DNA of 64,000 nucleotides from Eubacterium sp. (GTDB lineage Bacteria; Bacillota; Clostridia; Lachnospirales; Lachnospiraceae): NCBI GenBank assembly GCA_045578325.1, contig JAZNJZ010000033.1, positions 38,224 to 102,223 of the forward strand, read 5' to 3'. Shown piece by piece: positions 49,821 to 60,238 of this stretch (position 1 is its first letter; each line of letters starts with the position of its first letter). The notes under the pieces were generated by a model. It saw only the letters and a program-made list of their open reading frames with translations, ran no database searches and was not told where the DNA came from. The position numbers and the translations under genes were made by a program.

Positions 49821-51872
49821 CTATCTTCCTACTGCCTCGTCAAATTTCTTTTCTTTCAAGCTTACTATATATTGAGGAGACTTAGCCAAACGATAACTTC
49901 CTTTGTCCTTTGCTTGCGTCATTAAGAACCGAATTTTTTTCCCTCGAACATGACATCCTTCTATTTCACAAGCTCCAGTAAGAATTGGTACTTTTTGAGC
50001 ATTTATCGGAATGTTCACTTTCGCTATCCTCCTCTCTATACTCTGGCCACTTCCTAGAGACATTTTAAATCTAGAAATTTGCAAAGGTCTTCCTTCACTC
50101 GTATTTCCACTTGTTATATACACTTTCCACTTTCTATTTTTCATCTTTGATAATGCTATGGATTGCATCGAACCATTTGGGCGATACACGTTTTCTCTCC
50201 CGCACACAGAAGCGAGACAAGCTTTTTTCCCTTTCGTACTAGCCACCGAGAAAAATTGTTTTCCTTTTTTATAAAAATGTTCTTTTATGATACGCATATC
50301 ATATATGCTTATTTGAACCAAACCACCATCAAAAGCACTCCAGATAACCAAATATCTTCCACCTTCTGAAAGAGCCCCATCAACGCGTAGAAGATATCTA
50401 TCCGTTGGTCTTTTTCCCTTTTTGTTTGCTTTTGCAATGTTAGTTATCATTTTCATTTTATCCTTATTTTTATCAAACCCAAACTCCCCACCCACACTAT
50501 TTTCTTCAATTGTTGCATAGTCCGTAAATATGATATTACGCCCCCATTGAAGAAGTTTTTTCTTGTCCTCTTCAGTCATCCCATTACCGTCTGGGGTATT
50601 TCCAACGACCATAAAACAAGCCTTACTTTCTCCCGTGTCCTTGCCATCCTTATCATACACATCGTAGTTGAATTTTTCAAACGTTTGTCCATGAGCAAAC
50701 TCTTCCATTCGAATTGCATTTTCAGTGTCAATTTCATAACTTGATGTATTACTGCTTGTTTTATTCAAATATGCCGCTGTAAGATCTTCTTTTAATCGAT
50801 AAAAGGTATACAAATCTTTTCCATCAAACACATAACTTTGCAACGCTCGTGCCGGTTTATCTCCCGAAACCCCTTTCATAATCAAAGTATTTATAACCGT
50901 TGGCATCACAGTAGGAACCGGCTTACCCGCCGCACGCAACATACTTTTCGTTGCCCGACCACTTTCTTTCATGTACTCCATGTACTCATCATATGTCTCG
51001 AAATCTTCCGGACCTCGCGCTTCTCGTTCTTCTGGTGTCAGCATTTCTTCTGCATATTCACCATTCTCATATGTTACGCTGCACATTTCATACAGATCAT
51101 AGTCCTCAAGCTCAATTTCTCCATCGCACTTTGCGATAAAACCAAACTCCACACTCTGCCCCACTTCGATATTTTGATTATATGTAGCATTATCCACCTG
51201 ACACAATGTCTCATCAAATATTCTCAATAGTTTTGCATTCCAAATATTATCAATACTTTCAATTTCTACATTGGTTTCAAAATCCAATTTCCAATCTTCG
51301 ATACGTTTCTTTCCTGTATTTGTTATCGTAATACTTCCATTAACATAGCCATCCCAACGGCTATTTTCTTTGTATTCAACCGTATAGTCGCCTTCCACAG
51401 GCCAACACTCTTTGGTCAAATAACAATCCTCTGGAAATTCAATTTCTCCCTCGTAACGAACCGTCATTCCAAATGTAACGGAACCATCTGCGGTGATATC
51501 TTGATTCCAATCTGCATTTCGAATCACATATTCACCATTTTCATGACTTACCACTTTGGCATTCCAGATGTTTTCGATTTCATCTTTGAACTCAAAGCAG
51601 ATTTCCCAATCATCAATCGCCTCACCAGATACATTTTCCAAGGTTACATCTACATTGTAATGATTTTCCCATTTGCTAGTGACACTGTACTGAATTTCAA
51701 TGGATTCATCATCGGTTAGTTGTGCCTCTTCCACACCCTCGATTTCCTCAATATCCACCTCAGCGTCCGACTCCGCCGCTTTGATTACAGACACATAGTA
51801 TTCTGGCATTGCCGTTAATACTAATGAAACAATCAACACCAATACTACAAGCCTTTTATTTACATGTTTCAT
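49821..51872 (-). CDS. Secreted protein: two CBM2-like domains + helveticin-J-like C-terminal domain
   Basis: Signal peptide MKHVNKRLVV...; two Y....W...Y...V.I.N......W...F...I..IWNA...NA.WN..I..G..V.FG repeats; C-terminal motifs align by eye with helveticin J. Confidence 0.72.
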   Translation of the reverse strand: MKHVNKRLVVLVLIVSLVLTAMPEYYVSVIKAAESDAEVDIEEIEGVEEAQLTDDESIEIQYSVTSKWENHYNVDVTLENVSGEAIDDWEICFEFKDEIENIWNAKVVSHENGEYVIRNADWNQDITADGSVTFGMTVRYEGEIEFPEDCYLTKECWPVEGDYTVEYKENSRWDGYVNGSITITNTGKKRIEDWKLDFETNVEIESIDNIWNAKLLRIFDETLCQVDNATYNQNIEVGQSVEFGFIAKCDGEIELEDYDLYEMCSVTYENGEYAEEMLTPEEREARGPEDFETYDEYMEYMKESGRATKSMLRAAGKPVPTVMPTVINTLIMKGVSGDKPARALQSYVFDGKDLYTFYRLKEDLTAAYLNKTSSNTSSYEIDTENAIRMEEFAHGQTFEKFNYDVYDKDGKDTGESKACFMVVGNTPDGNGMTEEDKKKLLQWGRNIIFTDYATIEENSVGGEFGFDKNKDKMKMITNIAKANKKGKRPTDRYLLRVDGALSEGGRYLVIWSAFDGGLVQISIYDMRIIKEHFYKKGKQFFSVASTKGKKACLASVCGRENVYRPNGSMQSIALSKMKNRKWKVYITSGNTSEGRPLQISRFKMSLGSGQSIERRIAKVNIPINAQKVPILTGACEIEGCHVRGKKIRFLMTQAKDKGSYRLAKSPQYIVSLKEKKFDEAVGR

Positions 51873-52036
51873 AATCATATTTCTCCTTTCATTTTGTAAA
51901 ACATCGCTTTCAATTCTACCATAATCTTCATATACAGTCAAACCATCCACCCATAATGAAAATATATCATCAAATGCGACAAAAAGCCCCACATTCATGC
52001 AACGCACAAACGTGAGGCTTCTCAAAATCTTCGTCA

Positions 52037-52312
52037 TCAAGCGCCTTTATCTACTTCAACGATTGCTTCTTTTTTCATCGGAATACGACAGTTTTTGTTG
52101 CTTCCGAATTCTACGATAACTACATCGTCTGTCATATCAATGACAACACCGTAAAAACCACTTGTTGTGAGAATGCTATCCCCAACTGCCACAGATGCTA
52201 CCAACGCATCATGCTCTCTCTGCTGTTTTTTCTGTGGACGAATGGCGATAAAATAAAACGCCGCAATTAATACAACAATGTATATTACCATTCCGATTGA
52301 TTCCATTCCCAT
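52037..52312 (-). CDS. yajC: Preprotein translocase subunit YajC
   Basis: FYFIAIRPQKKQQ.EH...V..GD.I.T.SG.YG.V. Confidence 0.95.
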   Translation of the reverse strand: MGMESIGMVIYIVVLIAAFYFIAIRPQKKQQREHDALVASVAVGDSILTTSGFYGVVIDMTDDVVIVEFGSNKNCRIPMKKEAIVEVDKGA

Positions 52313-52342
52313 GATAAAGTACCTCCTAAAATATACTTGATT

Positions 52343-53476
52343 TTAATAACTTTCTGATCTCATGGATTCGATCTTTTTCTTTTTGTATTCAGCAAAGCAT
52401 CCTTTTCCGATGGCTTCGCGAATCTCACTCATCATTGTATTATAAAAATACAAATTATGCAAGACTAATAATCGAAGTCCCAGCATTTCTTTCGCCTTCA
52501 ACAGATGACGCACATACGCTCTCGTATAATGACGACAAGCCGGACACTGGCATCCTTCTTCGATTGGGCGCTCATCCAATTCAAATCGCTTATTCATCAG
52601 ATTCATCTTGCCCAAGTTTGTGTAGGCATGACCATGTCTTCCATTTCGCGCCGGATACACGCAGTCAAAAAAGTCCACACCACGCTCCACACTTTCCAAT
52701 ATGTTTTCCGGTGTTCCTACACCCATAAGATACTTTGGTTTCTGGCCTGGCAGATGTGGAATTACCGCATCCAAGATACGATACATTTCTTCGTGACTTT
52801 CGCCTACTGCAAGTCCGCCCACAGCATAGCCATCCAAATCAAGCTCCCCAATCTGCTGGGCATGAGCGATACGAATATCTTCAAAGGTTCCCCCTTGGTT
52901 GATACCAAATAGCATCTGCTGACGATTGATGGTATCTTCCTTTTCATTAAGTCGCTGCATTTCTGATTTGCATCGCTCCAGCCAGCGAGTAGTACGAGCC
53001 ACTGACGCTTCCATGTATTCTCGCGTTGCCGGGTGTGGGGGACATTCATCAAATGCCATAGCAATGGTAGACGCCAGATTGGACTGAATCTGCATACTCT
53101 CTTCTGGTCCCATAAAAATCTTGCGTCCGTCAATATGAGAATTAAAATACACACCCTCTTCTTTTATTTTTCTCAATCCCGCCAGAGAAAATACTTGAAA
53201 TCCACCAGAATCGGTAAGAATCGGGCGATCCCAGTTCATAAACTTATGGAGCCCTCCCATTTTTCGCACCACATCATCTCCTGGTCTCACGTGCAGATGA
53301 TAGGTATTGGACAGTTCCACCTGGGTTCCAATTTCTTTCAAATCCATGGTGGACACAGCACCTTTAATCGCCGCCACCGTTCCCACATTCATAAATACAG
53401 GAGTCTGAATATCTCCGTGAGGGGTGTGCAAAATTCCACTTCTCGCTTTTCCTTCCTGTGCAATTACTTCAAACAT
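52343..53476 (-). CDS. tgt: Queuine tRNA-ribosyltransferase
   Basis: TPVFMNVGT, SNTYHL..RPG, LTDSGGFQVFSL, GGLAVGE, YLMGVG.P, FDCV.P.RNGRHG. Confidence 0.97.
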   Translation of the reverse strand: MFEVIAQEGKARSGILHTPHGDIQTPVFMNVGTVAAIKGAVSTMDLKEIGTQVELSNTYHLHVRPGDDVVRKMGGLHKFMNWDRPILTDSGGFQVFSLAGLRKIKEEGVYFNSHIDGRKIFMGPEESMQIQSNLASTIAMAFDECPPHPATREYMEASVARTTRWLERCKSEMQRLNEKEDTINRQQMLFGINQGGTFEDIRIAHAQQIGELDLDGYAVGGLAVGESHEEMYRILDAVIPHLPGQKPKYLMGVGTPENILESVERGVDFFDCVYPARNGRHGHAYTNLGKMNLMNKRFELDERPIEEGCQCPACRHYTRAYVRHLLKAKEMLGLRLLVLHNLYFYNTMMSEIREAIGKGCFAEYKKKKIESMRSESY

Positions 53477-53726
53477 TGTCATCTTCTCCTGTCCCATTCT
53501 CTTTTTTCTGACTAAATAATTTTGCAAATTGAATATAACACCATAGCATAATCGGCAGCAATATAGAGCCACCCAGACACGCCTTAAACAGACCCGCGGA
53601 TACAGGTGACGTTGTCAATGCCGCAACCAGTGTCACCACATACATCAATCCCAACAATATCGCACCCACTAGCGCCGTGATTCGCACTCCTTTCGGATAA
53701 GTGCTTGTCTTTTTCTCGTTACTCAT
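53469..53726 (-). CDS. Small two-TM hypothetical protein
   Basis: 85 aa; overlaps the rarA stop and the tgt start, consistent with translational coupling. Confidence 0.75.
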   Translation of the reverse strand: MSNEKKTSTYPKGVRITALVGAILLGLMYVVTLVAALTTSPVSAGLFKACLGGSILLPIMLWCYIQFAKLFSQKKENGTGEDDNV

Positions 53727-55056
53727 TATCTCTTCCCTTTCTATGACCTATTTTCGTAAAATGTTCCTGTATCGTCTTTTCGTAGCCCTGGTCCGAAAGT
53801 TCATAAAAACTCATGTCTTTAATCTCGTCCGGCAGGTACTGTTGATCCACATAATGATTTTCATAATTGTGAGCATATTTGTAACCGATGCCATGCCCCA
53901 GTTTTGCAGCCCCTTTGTAATGAGCATCCTGCAAATAGGTAGGAATCTTATGATTCGGATGATTGGCCACATAATCCATAGCTGCTCCGATGGCTTCCAC
54001 TGCCGAGTTACTTTTCGGCGCGCAGGCCACATAAGCCGCTGCCTGAGCCAAGATAATCTGTGCCTCCGGCATACCAATCCGCTCCACTGCCATAGACGCA
54101 TTGGTAGCCACCACCAGTGCCATCGGGTCGGCGTTTGACACATCTTCCGATGCACAAATCATAATTCGTCTTGCAATGAATTTAATATCTTCTCCAGCAT
54201 ACAACATCCGTGCCAAATAATAAACCGCCGCATCCGGATCGGACCCACGCATGCTTTTGATAAAAGCAGAAATCGTATCATAATGATTGTCTCCCGTTTT
54301 ATCATATCGAACGGTTCGCTTTTGGATACATTCTTGTGCCACAGCAAGAGTAATATGTATGATTCCATCTTCCCCTCGTTCTGTCGTAAGCACACCAAGT
54401 TCAATGGCATTCAACGCCATTCGCGCATCTCCGCCACTGATATCCGCCAAAAATTCCAGCGCATCCTCTTCCACAACTGCTTTGTAACTTCCCAGCCCGC
54501 GTTCGGTATCTGTCACCGCCCGCAACAATAATGATTTGATATTTTCCTTGGACAATGGCTGAAGTTCAAAAATGATGGATCTCGAAATCAACGCCCCATT
54601 CACTTCAAAATATGGATTCTCCGTAGTAGCTCCAATCAAAACCACGGTTCCATCTTCCACAAAAGGAAGAAGGTAATCTTGCTGACTTTTATTGAAGCGA
54701 TGAATCTCGTCGATAAACAAAATGGTTTTTCGTGCATACATTCCCTTGTTTTCCTTTGCACGATTCACCACTTCCTCCATGTCCTTTTTCCCCGCAGAAG
54801 TGGCATTAATCTGTAGAAATTCCGCCTTTGTGGTACCAGCAATCACTTTTGCCAGTGTGGTTTTCCCCGTCCCCGGCGGTCCATACAACAAAATAGAGCT
54901 CAGCTTGTCAGCCTGAATCGCTCGGTAAAGAAGCTTATCTCTTCCTATTATATGCTCCTGCCCTACTACTTCATCTAGCGTCTGGGGACGAAGTCTGGAT
55001 GCCAATGGCGATTCCTTTTCTTTATTCATTTCATTCATATATTCCAATAAATCCAT
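53719..55056 (-). CDS. rarA: Replication-associated recombination protein A
   Basis: PLA.RLRP..LDEVVGQEH, GPPGTGKTT, DEIHRFNK.QQD, HYDTISAFIKSMRGSDPDAA. Confidence 0.96.
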   Translation of the reverse strand: MDLLEYMNEMNKEKESPLASRLRPQTLDEVVGQEHIIGRDKLLYRAIQADKLSSILLYGPPGTGKTTLAKVIAGTTKAEFLQINATSAGKKDMEEVVNRAKENKGMYARKTILFIDEIHRFNKSQQDYLLPFVEDGTVVLIGATTENPYFEVNGALISRSIIFELQPLSKENIKSLLLRAVTDTERGLGSYKAVVEEDALEFLADISGGDARMALNAIELGVLTTERGEDGIIHITLAVAQECIQKRTVRYDKTGDNHYDTISAFIKSMRGSDPDAAVYYLARMLYAGEDIKFIARRIMICASEDVSNADPMALVVATNASMAVERIGMPEAQIILAQAAAYVACAPKSNSAVEAIGAAMDYVANHPNHKIPTYLQDAHYKGAAKLGHGIGYKYAHNYENHYVDQQYLPDEIKDMSFYELSDQGYEKTIQEHFTKIGHRKGRDNE

Positions 55057-55667
55057 GTTTCTTCCCCTCTGTCAATCTCCGTTCTTCCACCCGTCTTTTC
55101 TGTAATCTCCCGTTCAAAAGCCTCTACTTTTTCCACTGGTACAAGATACGTCAATTCAACGCCTTCTCCGTATACAGACTCTTTTTCTTCAATTTCCATA
55201 TTGGCTGCAATATACTGAATCTTTCCAAGGCCATTGTAATCGGTTTTCAATATCATAAGATGACCTTTGCGCTTTTCCTGAATAGAACAATTTTCCAGCC
55301 CCGCTTTCACTGCGGCAGAATACGCTCGCACCAAGCCACCTGTACCAAGAAGCGTTCCACCAAAATATCGCGTTACCACTACAAGCACATCATGAAGCCC
55401 CTGACCAGTTATTACATCCATCATCGGGCGCCCAGCCGTACCCGAAGGCTCCCCATCGTCACTACAACGCTCCGTCTCATTTTTCTCTCCAATCACGTAA
55501 GCAAAACAGTTATGTCTGGCATCGTAATGTTTTTTTCTTATCTGAGTGATATATTCCAATGCCTCTTCCTCCGAATGAACCGGAAACACGTTGGCGATAA
55601 ATCGAGATTTCTTTTCTACAATCTCGCCTACGCCTCCCTGACACACAATCTTAATAGGCGTACACAT
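55035..55667 (-). CDS. yigZ: YigZ/IMPACT family protein
   Basis: EKKSRFIA, ARHNC.AY, SDDGEPSGTAG.P, VVTRYFGG.LLG.GGLVRAY. Confidence 0.95.
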   Translation of the reverse strand: MCTPIKIVCQGGVGEIVEKKSRFIANVFPVHSEEEALEYITQIRKKHYDARHNCFAYVIGEKNETERCSDDGEPSGTAGRPMMDVITGQGLHDVLVVVTRYFGGTLLGTGGLVRAYSAAVKAGLENCSIQEKRKGHLMILKTDYNGLGKIQYIAANMEIEEKESVYGEGVELTYLVPVEKVEAFEREITEKTGGRTEIDRGEETWIYWNI

Positions 55668-55790
55668 AACCACTTCTCCTTTCGTTGATACTAATGAATA
55701 GTTTACTAATTTTTCTTTCCCTTTGCAAGACTTTTTGGTATACTAATGATAGATATGTGTGTATTTATATAGGAAAGGCATGGATAATAT

Positions 55791-58193
55791 ATGAATTTTA
55801 GTAAAAGGCATGTACAAGCGAAGACAAAAGTACTGAAGTCTTCCGCCACTCATCGTATACAAAAATGTAAAGTTATGGCAGTTCGGACTTTATTGGTTTT
55901 CTTTATCGTGTGCGCAGTTACTGGTATCAGCGCTTTTTCTGGCGCCATCAACGGATTGATGGAAACGGCACCGAGCATTGAATCCATTAATGTTGTACCT
56001 GATGGATACGCAACAACAATCTTAAACACAAAGGGAAAAGAAGTGCAAACTTTGGTGGGACAGGATGCCAACCGTGAATATGTGACACTAGATCAAATCC
56101 CAATGCATCTACAAAATGCATTTGTTGCCATCGAAGATGAACGATTTTGGACTCATGACGGCATCGATTTACGAGGCATTGCCCGCGCTACCTTTACTGG
56201 TATTTCTGGAGGAAAATTTAGTCAGGGTGCTAGTACATTGACCCAGCAGCTTCTAAAGAATCAGGTTTTTAACGGTGGCGAGGAAAGAACTTTTATCCAA
56301 AAGTTGGAGCGAAAGATACAAGAGCAGTACTTGGCGATTCAGCTGGAAAATAAGTTGAGCAAAGAGCAGATTATGGAATATTATCTGAACACAATCAATC
56401 TTGGCCAGAATACTCTTGGGGTGCAAGCCGCTTCGAAGCGATACTTTGGAAAGGATGTATCCAAGCTAACAATTTCAGAATCTGCCGTAATCGCAGGTAT
56501 CACTCAGAACCCAACCGGATACAACCCCATCACTCATCCACAGAACAACAAAGAAAAGCGTTCTACCATTCTCGCCTACATGCTTGAGCAAGGGTACATT
56601 ACCTCTGACGAGTATGACGAAGCAATGGGCGATAAGGTGTATGCCCGTATCAAAACAGTAAACAAAGAAACTTCCTCTTCTAACGAAATCAACTCGTACT
56701 TTACTGACGCTTTGATTGAGCAGATTATCTCGGATATGAAAGAGGAACTTGGTTATACCGAAACGCAAGCATATAATGCCTTGTACCGTGGTGGGCTTAC
56801 CATATATTCCACCCAAGATTCTTCCATGCAGAAGATATGTGACAAAGTCATCAATAACGATGCCTATTATCCTTCTGGCTCCACCTATCAACTCAGTTAC
56901 CAACTCACGGTGCGAGACAAAAAAGGAAAAGCATACAATTATAACGCTGGCACCATGAAAAATTGGTTTAAGAAGAAAAAAGGAAAAACCGTTAGCCTAT
57001 ACTATACCAACAAAAAAAGTGCAAAAAAATACATTCGCACCTATAAAAAGGCAATGAGCAAAGGAAAAACAGTGGAAGGCGAAAAGATCGAATATGTCAT
57101 TCAGCCTCAAGCCTCCTTTATCATCATGGATCAACAGACCGGGCAAGTAAAAGCCATCGCTGGTGGTCGCGGTAAAAAGAAAGCAAATCGTACGTTAAAC
57201 CGCGCAACCACTTCTTTACGTCAGCCAGGATCAACCTTCAAAATTCTGTCTACGTATTTGCCTGCTTTGGACACTTCCGGTATGTCTCTTTCTACCATCC
57301 AACGAGATGAGCCATACAACTATCCTGGCACAAAACGTTTGGTTAAAAACTGGTATCGAGGCTATCGTGGCAATGTAACCATCCGAAAAGCCATTGCCAA
57401 TTCCATGAACGTTATCGCAGTCAAAACGTTAGAGCAAGTGACACCAAAAACAGGATATGACTACTTGTTAAAACTAGGTTTTACTTCTCTGGTTGATAGT
57501 TATACCGATCCAAACGGAAAGATTTTTAGCGACATTGCGTTACCTATGGCATTGGGTGGTTTGACAAAGGGTGTGTCAAATCTAGAATTAACATCCGCCT
57601 TTGCCAGCATCGCCAACAATGGAATTTATAACAAAGCAACATTCTACACAAAAGTTTTGGATCACAACGGAAATGTGTTACTGGACAAATCTGCAACAAC
57701 AAAAACAGAAATAATAGGTGGCGAAGAAATTACAACGGTTGTCACCCCAACCAGCAAACAAGTAATGAAAGACTCTACTGCCTGGTTGCTGACAGACGCC
57801 ATGGAAGATGTAGTCACTGCCGGAACTGGAACCGCTTTAAAATTCCACGAGGTAGAAATGCCAATTGCAGGAAAAACTGGAACAACAACAGACAACAAAG
57901 ATCTTTGGTTTGTTGGTTACTCACCATATCTTACCGCTGGCGTGTGGGGCGGTTATGATGGTAGCGAAAAGCAAAGTAACACAACCTACCACAAGGCAAT
58001 TTGGAAAGCCATCATGGAGAAAATCCACAAAAATTATGAAAAGATATCCTTCAAAAAACCACACTCTGTAACCTCCTCTTATGTTTGTTCCCAATGCGGA
58101 AAAACATTGCCAGATGGTTATTATACCTCCCGACGTGTGAAAGAATATTTCGCAAAGGGAAATGTACCAGATGAGAACTGTAGTTGTTACTGA
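55791..58193 (+). CDS. Class A penicillin-binding protein (PBP1A family)
   Basis: Transglycosylase EDERF..H.GID, GASTLTQQL.KN, YLN; transpeptidase PGSTFK, SMN, KTGT. Confidence 0.95.
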   Translation: MNFSKRHVQAKTKVLKSSATHRIQKCKVMAVRTLLVFFIVCAVTGISAFSGAINGLMETAPSIESINVVPDGYATTILNTKGKEVQTLVGQDANREYVTLDQIPMHLQNAFVAIEDERFWTHDGIDLRGIARATFTGISGGKFSQGASTLTQQLLKNQVFNGGEERTFIQKLERKIQEQYLAIQLENKLSKEQIMEYYLNTINLGQNTLGVQAASKRYFGKDVSKLTISESAVIAGITQNPTGYNPITHPQNNKEKRSTILAYMLEQGYITSDEYDEAMGDKVYARIKTVNKETSSSNEINSYFTDALIEQIISDMKEELGYTETQAYNALYRGGLTIYSTQDSSMQKICDKVINNDAYYPSGSTYQLSYQLTVRDKKGKAYNYNAGTMKNWFKKKKGKTVSLYYTNKKSAKKYIRTYKKAMSKGKTVEGEKIEYVIQPQASFIIMDQQTGQVKAIAGGRGKKKANRTLNRATTSLRQPGSTFKILSTYLPALDTSGMSLSTIQRDEPYNYPGTKRLVKNWYRGYRGNVTIRKAIANSMNVIAVKTLEQVTPKTGYDYLLKLGFTSLVDSYTDPNGKIFSDIALPMALGGLTKGVSNLELTSAFASIANNGIYNKATFYTKVLDHNGNVLLDKSATTKTEIIGGEEITTVVTPTSKQVMKDSTAWLLTDAMEDVVTAGTGTALKFHEVEMPIAGKTGTTTDNKDLWFVGYSPYLTAGVWGGYDGSEKQSNTTYHKAIWKAIMEKIHKNYEKISFKKPHSVTSSYVCSQCGKTLPDGYYTSRRVKEYFAKGNVPDENCSCY

Positions 58194-58266
58194 TAAAAAA
58201 CATCTCATCCGTAACCTATATCACTCCCTCGCTACTAGAACTTTCGTAAGTAGTATCAAAACTAAA

Positions 58267-58334
58267 AATTCCCCATATTATTCATAAAAGGAACCTTCCA
58301 ACTACGCGTTCCTTGTTGAATAATATGGGGAATT
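58267..58334. terminator. Long inverted repeat between convergent PBP and rmlD (bidirectional terminator or REP-like)
   Basis: 18-bp perfect IR AATTCCCCATATTATTCA / TGAATAATATGGGGAATT with inner AAGGAAC/GTTCCTT. Confidence 0.6.
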
Positions 58335-58353
58335 GTTGTTTATCAAATCTCAC

Positions 58354-59199
58354 TTACAAAATCTCTTCTACATAGCGCTTCACAGCATCCTGCCACTCCG
58401 GCAACTTGTTAAATCCATTTTTAACAAGTTTCTCTTTGCTCATCCGACTGTTTTTCGGACGTTTTGCCTTCACAGGAAATTCGTCACTGGATACAGGTGT
58501 CACGGAGACCTCTCCCATCCCTGCCGCCTGAAAGATTTCTTTAGCAAACTCATACCAGCTACACATACCTTCATTGGTGGCATGGTACGCACCATAAGCA
58601 TCCGACTCAATCATGTCCACCAACAGTCTTGATAAATCATAGGTATACGTCGGAGATCCAATCTGATCTTCCACAACTTTTACGGCACCATTTTCTTTTC
58701 CTAGGCGCAACATTGTTTTCACAAAATTATTTCCATTTATACCAAAAACCCAAGAAATACGCACAATATACCATTTGTTACATCTTGTTTTAACCTCTAC
58801 TTCACCTTCGTACTTTGTCTGCCCGTAGGTATTTAGCGGTTTCGCTTTATCGTCTGGTTCCCATGGACGTTCTCCATCTCCCGAGAAAATATAATCCGTA
58901 CTGATATACAAAAGCTTGCAATCCAACTCTGCGCAAATCTCAGCAATATTCTTTGTTCCTACTGCATTAACGCGACGACATAAATCCTCTTCCTCCTCGG
59001 CACGGTCCACTGCTGTATATGCACTACAATGAATTACTGCTTCTGGCGATGCTCCCTTGATTACACGAGAAACTTGTACCGCATCTGTGATATCCATTTC
59101 TTCAATATCCACACCAATGGCCTCATGGCCACGTTTTTCCAGCTCGCGCACCACATCATATCCCAGCTGTCCTTTTACACCCGTGACTAATACTCTCAT
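58354..59199 (-). CDS. rmlD: dTDP-4-dehydrorhamnose reductase
   Basis: VTG..GQLG, HCSAYTAVD.AE, ISTDY.F.G, YGQTK..GE, DQIGSPTY. Confidence 0.96.
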   Translation of the reverse strand: MRVLVTGVKGQLGYDVVRELEKRGHEAIGVDIEEMDITDAVQVSRVIKGASPEAVIHCSAYTAVDRAEEEEDLCRRVNAVGTKNIAEICAELDCKLLYISTDYIFSGDGERPWEPDDKAKPLNTYGQTKYEGEVEVKTRCNKWYIVRISWVFGINGNNFVKTMLRLGKENGAVKVVEDQIGSPTYTYDLSRLLVDMIESDAYGAYHATNEGMCSWYEFAKEIFQAAGMGEVSVTPVSSDEFPVKAKRPKNSRMSKEKLVKNGFNKLPEWQDAVKRYVEEIL

Positions 59200-60224
59200 T
59201 CTGCCAAATCCTTTCCATACATCTTATCAAAATACTTCGCGTACTCACCACTGATGATATTTTCCCACCATTCACGGTTATTTAGATACCAGTCAATGGT
59301 CTGTCGAATCCCCGTTTCAAAGGTGTACTGTGGCTTCCAACCAAGCTCCGTTTCCAACTTTGTCGGATCGATGGCATAGCGAAGATCATGGCCCGGACGA
59401 TCTGTCACAAACTCAATTAAACTCTCTGGCTTATCCAACGCCTTCAAGATCGTTTTTACCACTTCCAAATTCGTTTTTTCATTATGACCACCTACATTGT
59501 AAACCTCGCCCACTCTTCCTTTTCGAATAATTAAGTCAATGGCTTGGCAATGATCCGATACATGGAGCCAATCTCGAACATTCTCTCCTTTTCCGTACAC
59601 AGGAAGTTTCTCATCAGCAAGGGCTCTAGAAATGATAAGCGGAATCAATTTCTCTGGAAAATGATATGGTCCATAGTTATTAGAACAACGCGAGATTGTC
59701 ACTGGAAGTCCATAGGTTCTGTGATAGGCAAGAACAAAAAGGTCCGCACTTGCCTTACTGGAAGAATATGGACTAGATGTATGAAGTGGAGTATCCTCAC
59801 GGAAAAATAAGTCCGGCCGATCCAACGGAAGATCGCCATACACCTCATCGGTAGACACCTGATGATAGCGCTTCACACCATATTCTTTTGCCGCATCCAA
59901 AAGCACCTGAGTTCCCATAACATTGGTCTGAACAAAAATTCCCGGATCTGTAATAGAACGATCCACATGACTTTCCGCCGCAAAATTCACCACCATATCC
60001 GGTCTCTCTTTATCAAACAAATCCATAATAAATTCTCGATCCGCAATATCACCGCGGACAAATTTGTAATTTGGTTTATCCTCCACTGGTTTCAAGGTCT
60101 CCAGATTTCCTGCATAAGTAAGCAAATCCAAATTAATAATCATATCCTCCGGATATTTATTTACCATATAATGAACAAAATTACCACCGATAAAACCGGC
60201 ACCACCTGTGACTAAAATCTTCAT
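59196..60224 (-). CDS. rmlB: dTDP-glucose 4,6-dehydratase
   Basis: VTGGAGFIG.NF, FAAESHVDRSI, VSTDEVYG, PYS.SKAS, NNYGPY.FPEKLIP. Confidence 0.97.
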   Translation of the reverse strand: MKILVTGGAGFIGGNFVHYMVNKYPEDMIINLDLLTYAGNLETLKPVEDKPNYKFVRGDIADREFIMDLFDKERPDMVVNFAAESHVDRSITDPGIFVQTNVMGTQVLLDAAKEYGVKRYHQVSTDEVYGDLPLDRPDLFFREDTPLHTSSPYSSSKASADLFVLAYHRTYGLPVTISRCSNNYGPYHFPEKLIPLIISRALADEKLPVYGKGENVRDWLHVSDHCQAIDLIIRKGRVGEVYNVGGHNEKTNLEVVKTILKALDKPESLIEFVTDRPGHDLRYAIDPTKLETELGWKPQYTFETGIRQTIDWYLNNREWWENIISGEYAKYFDKMYGKDLAE

Positions 60225-60238
60225 GGATCTCTTCCTCC

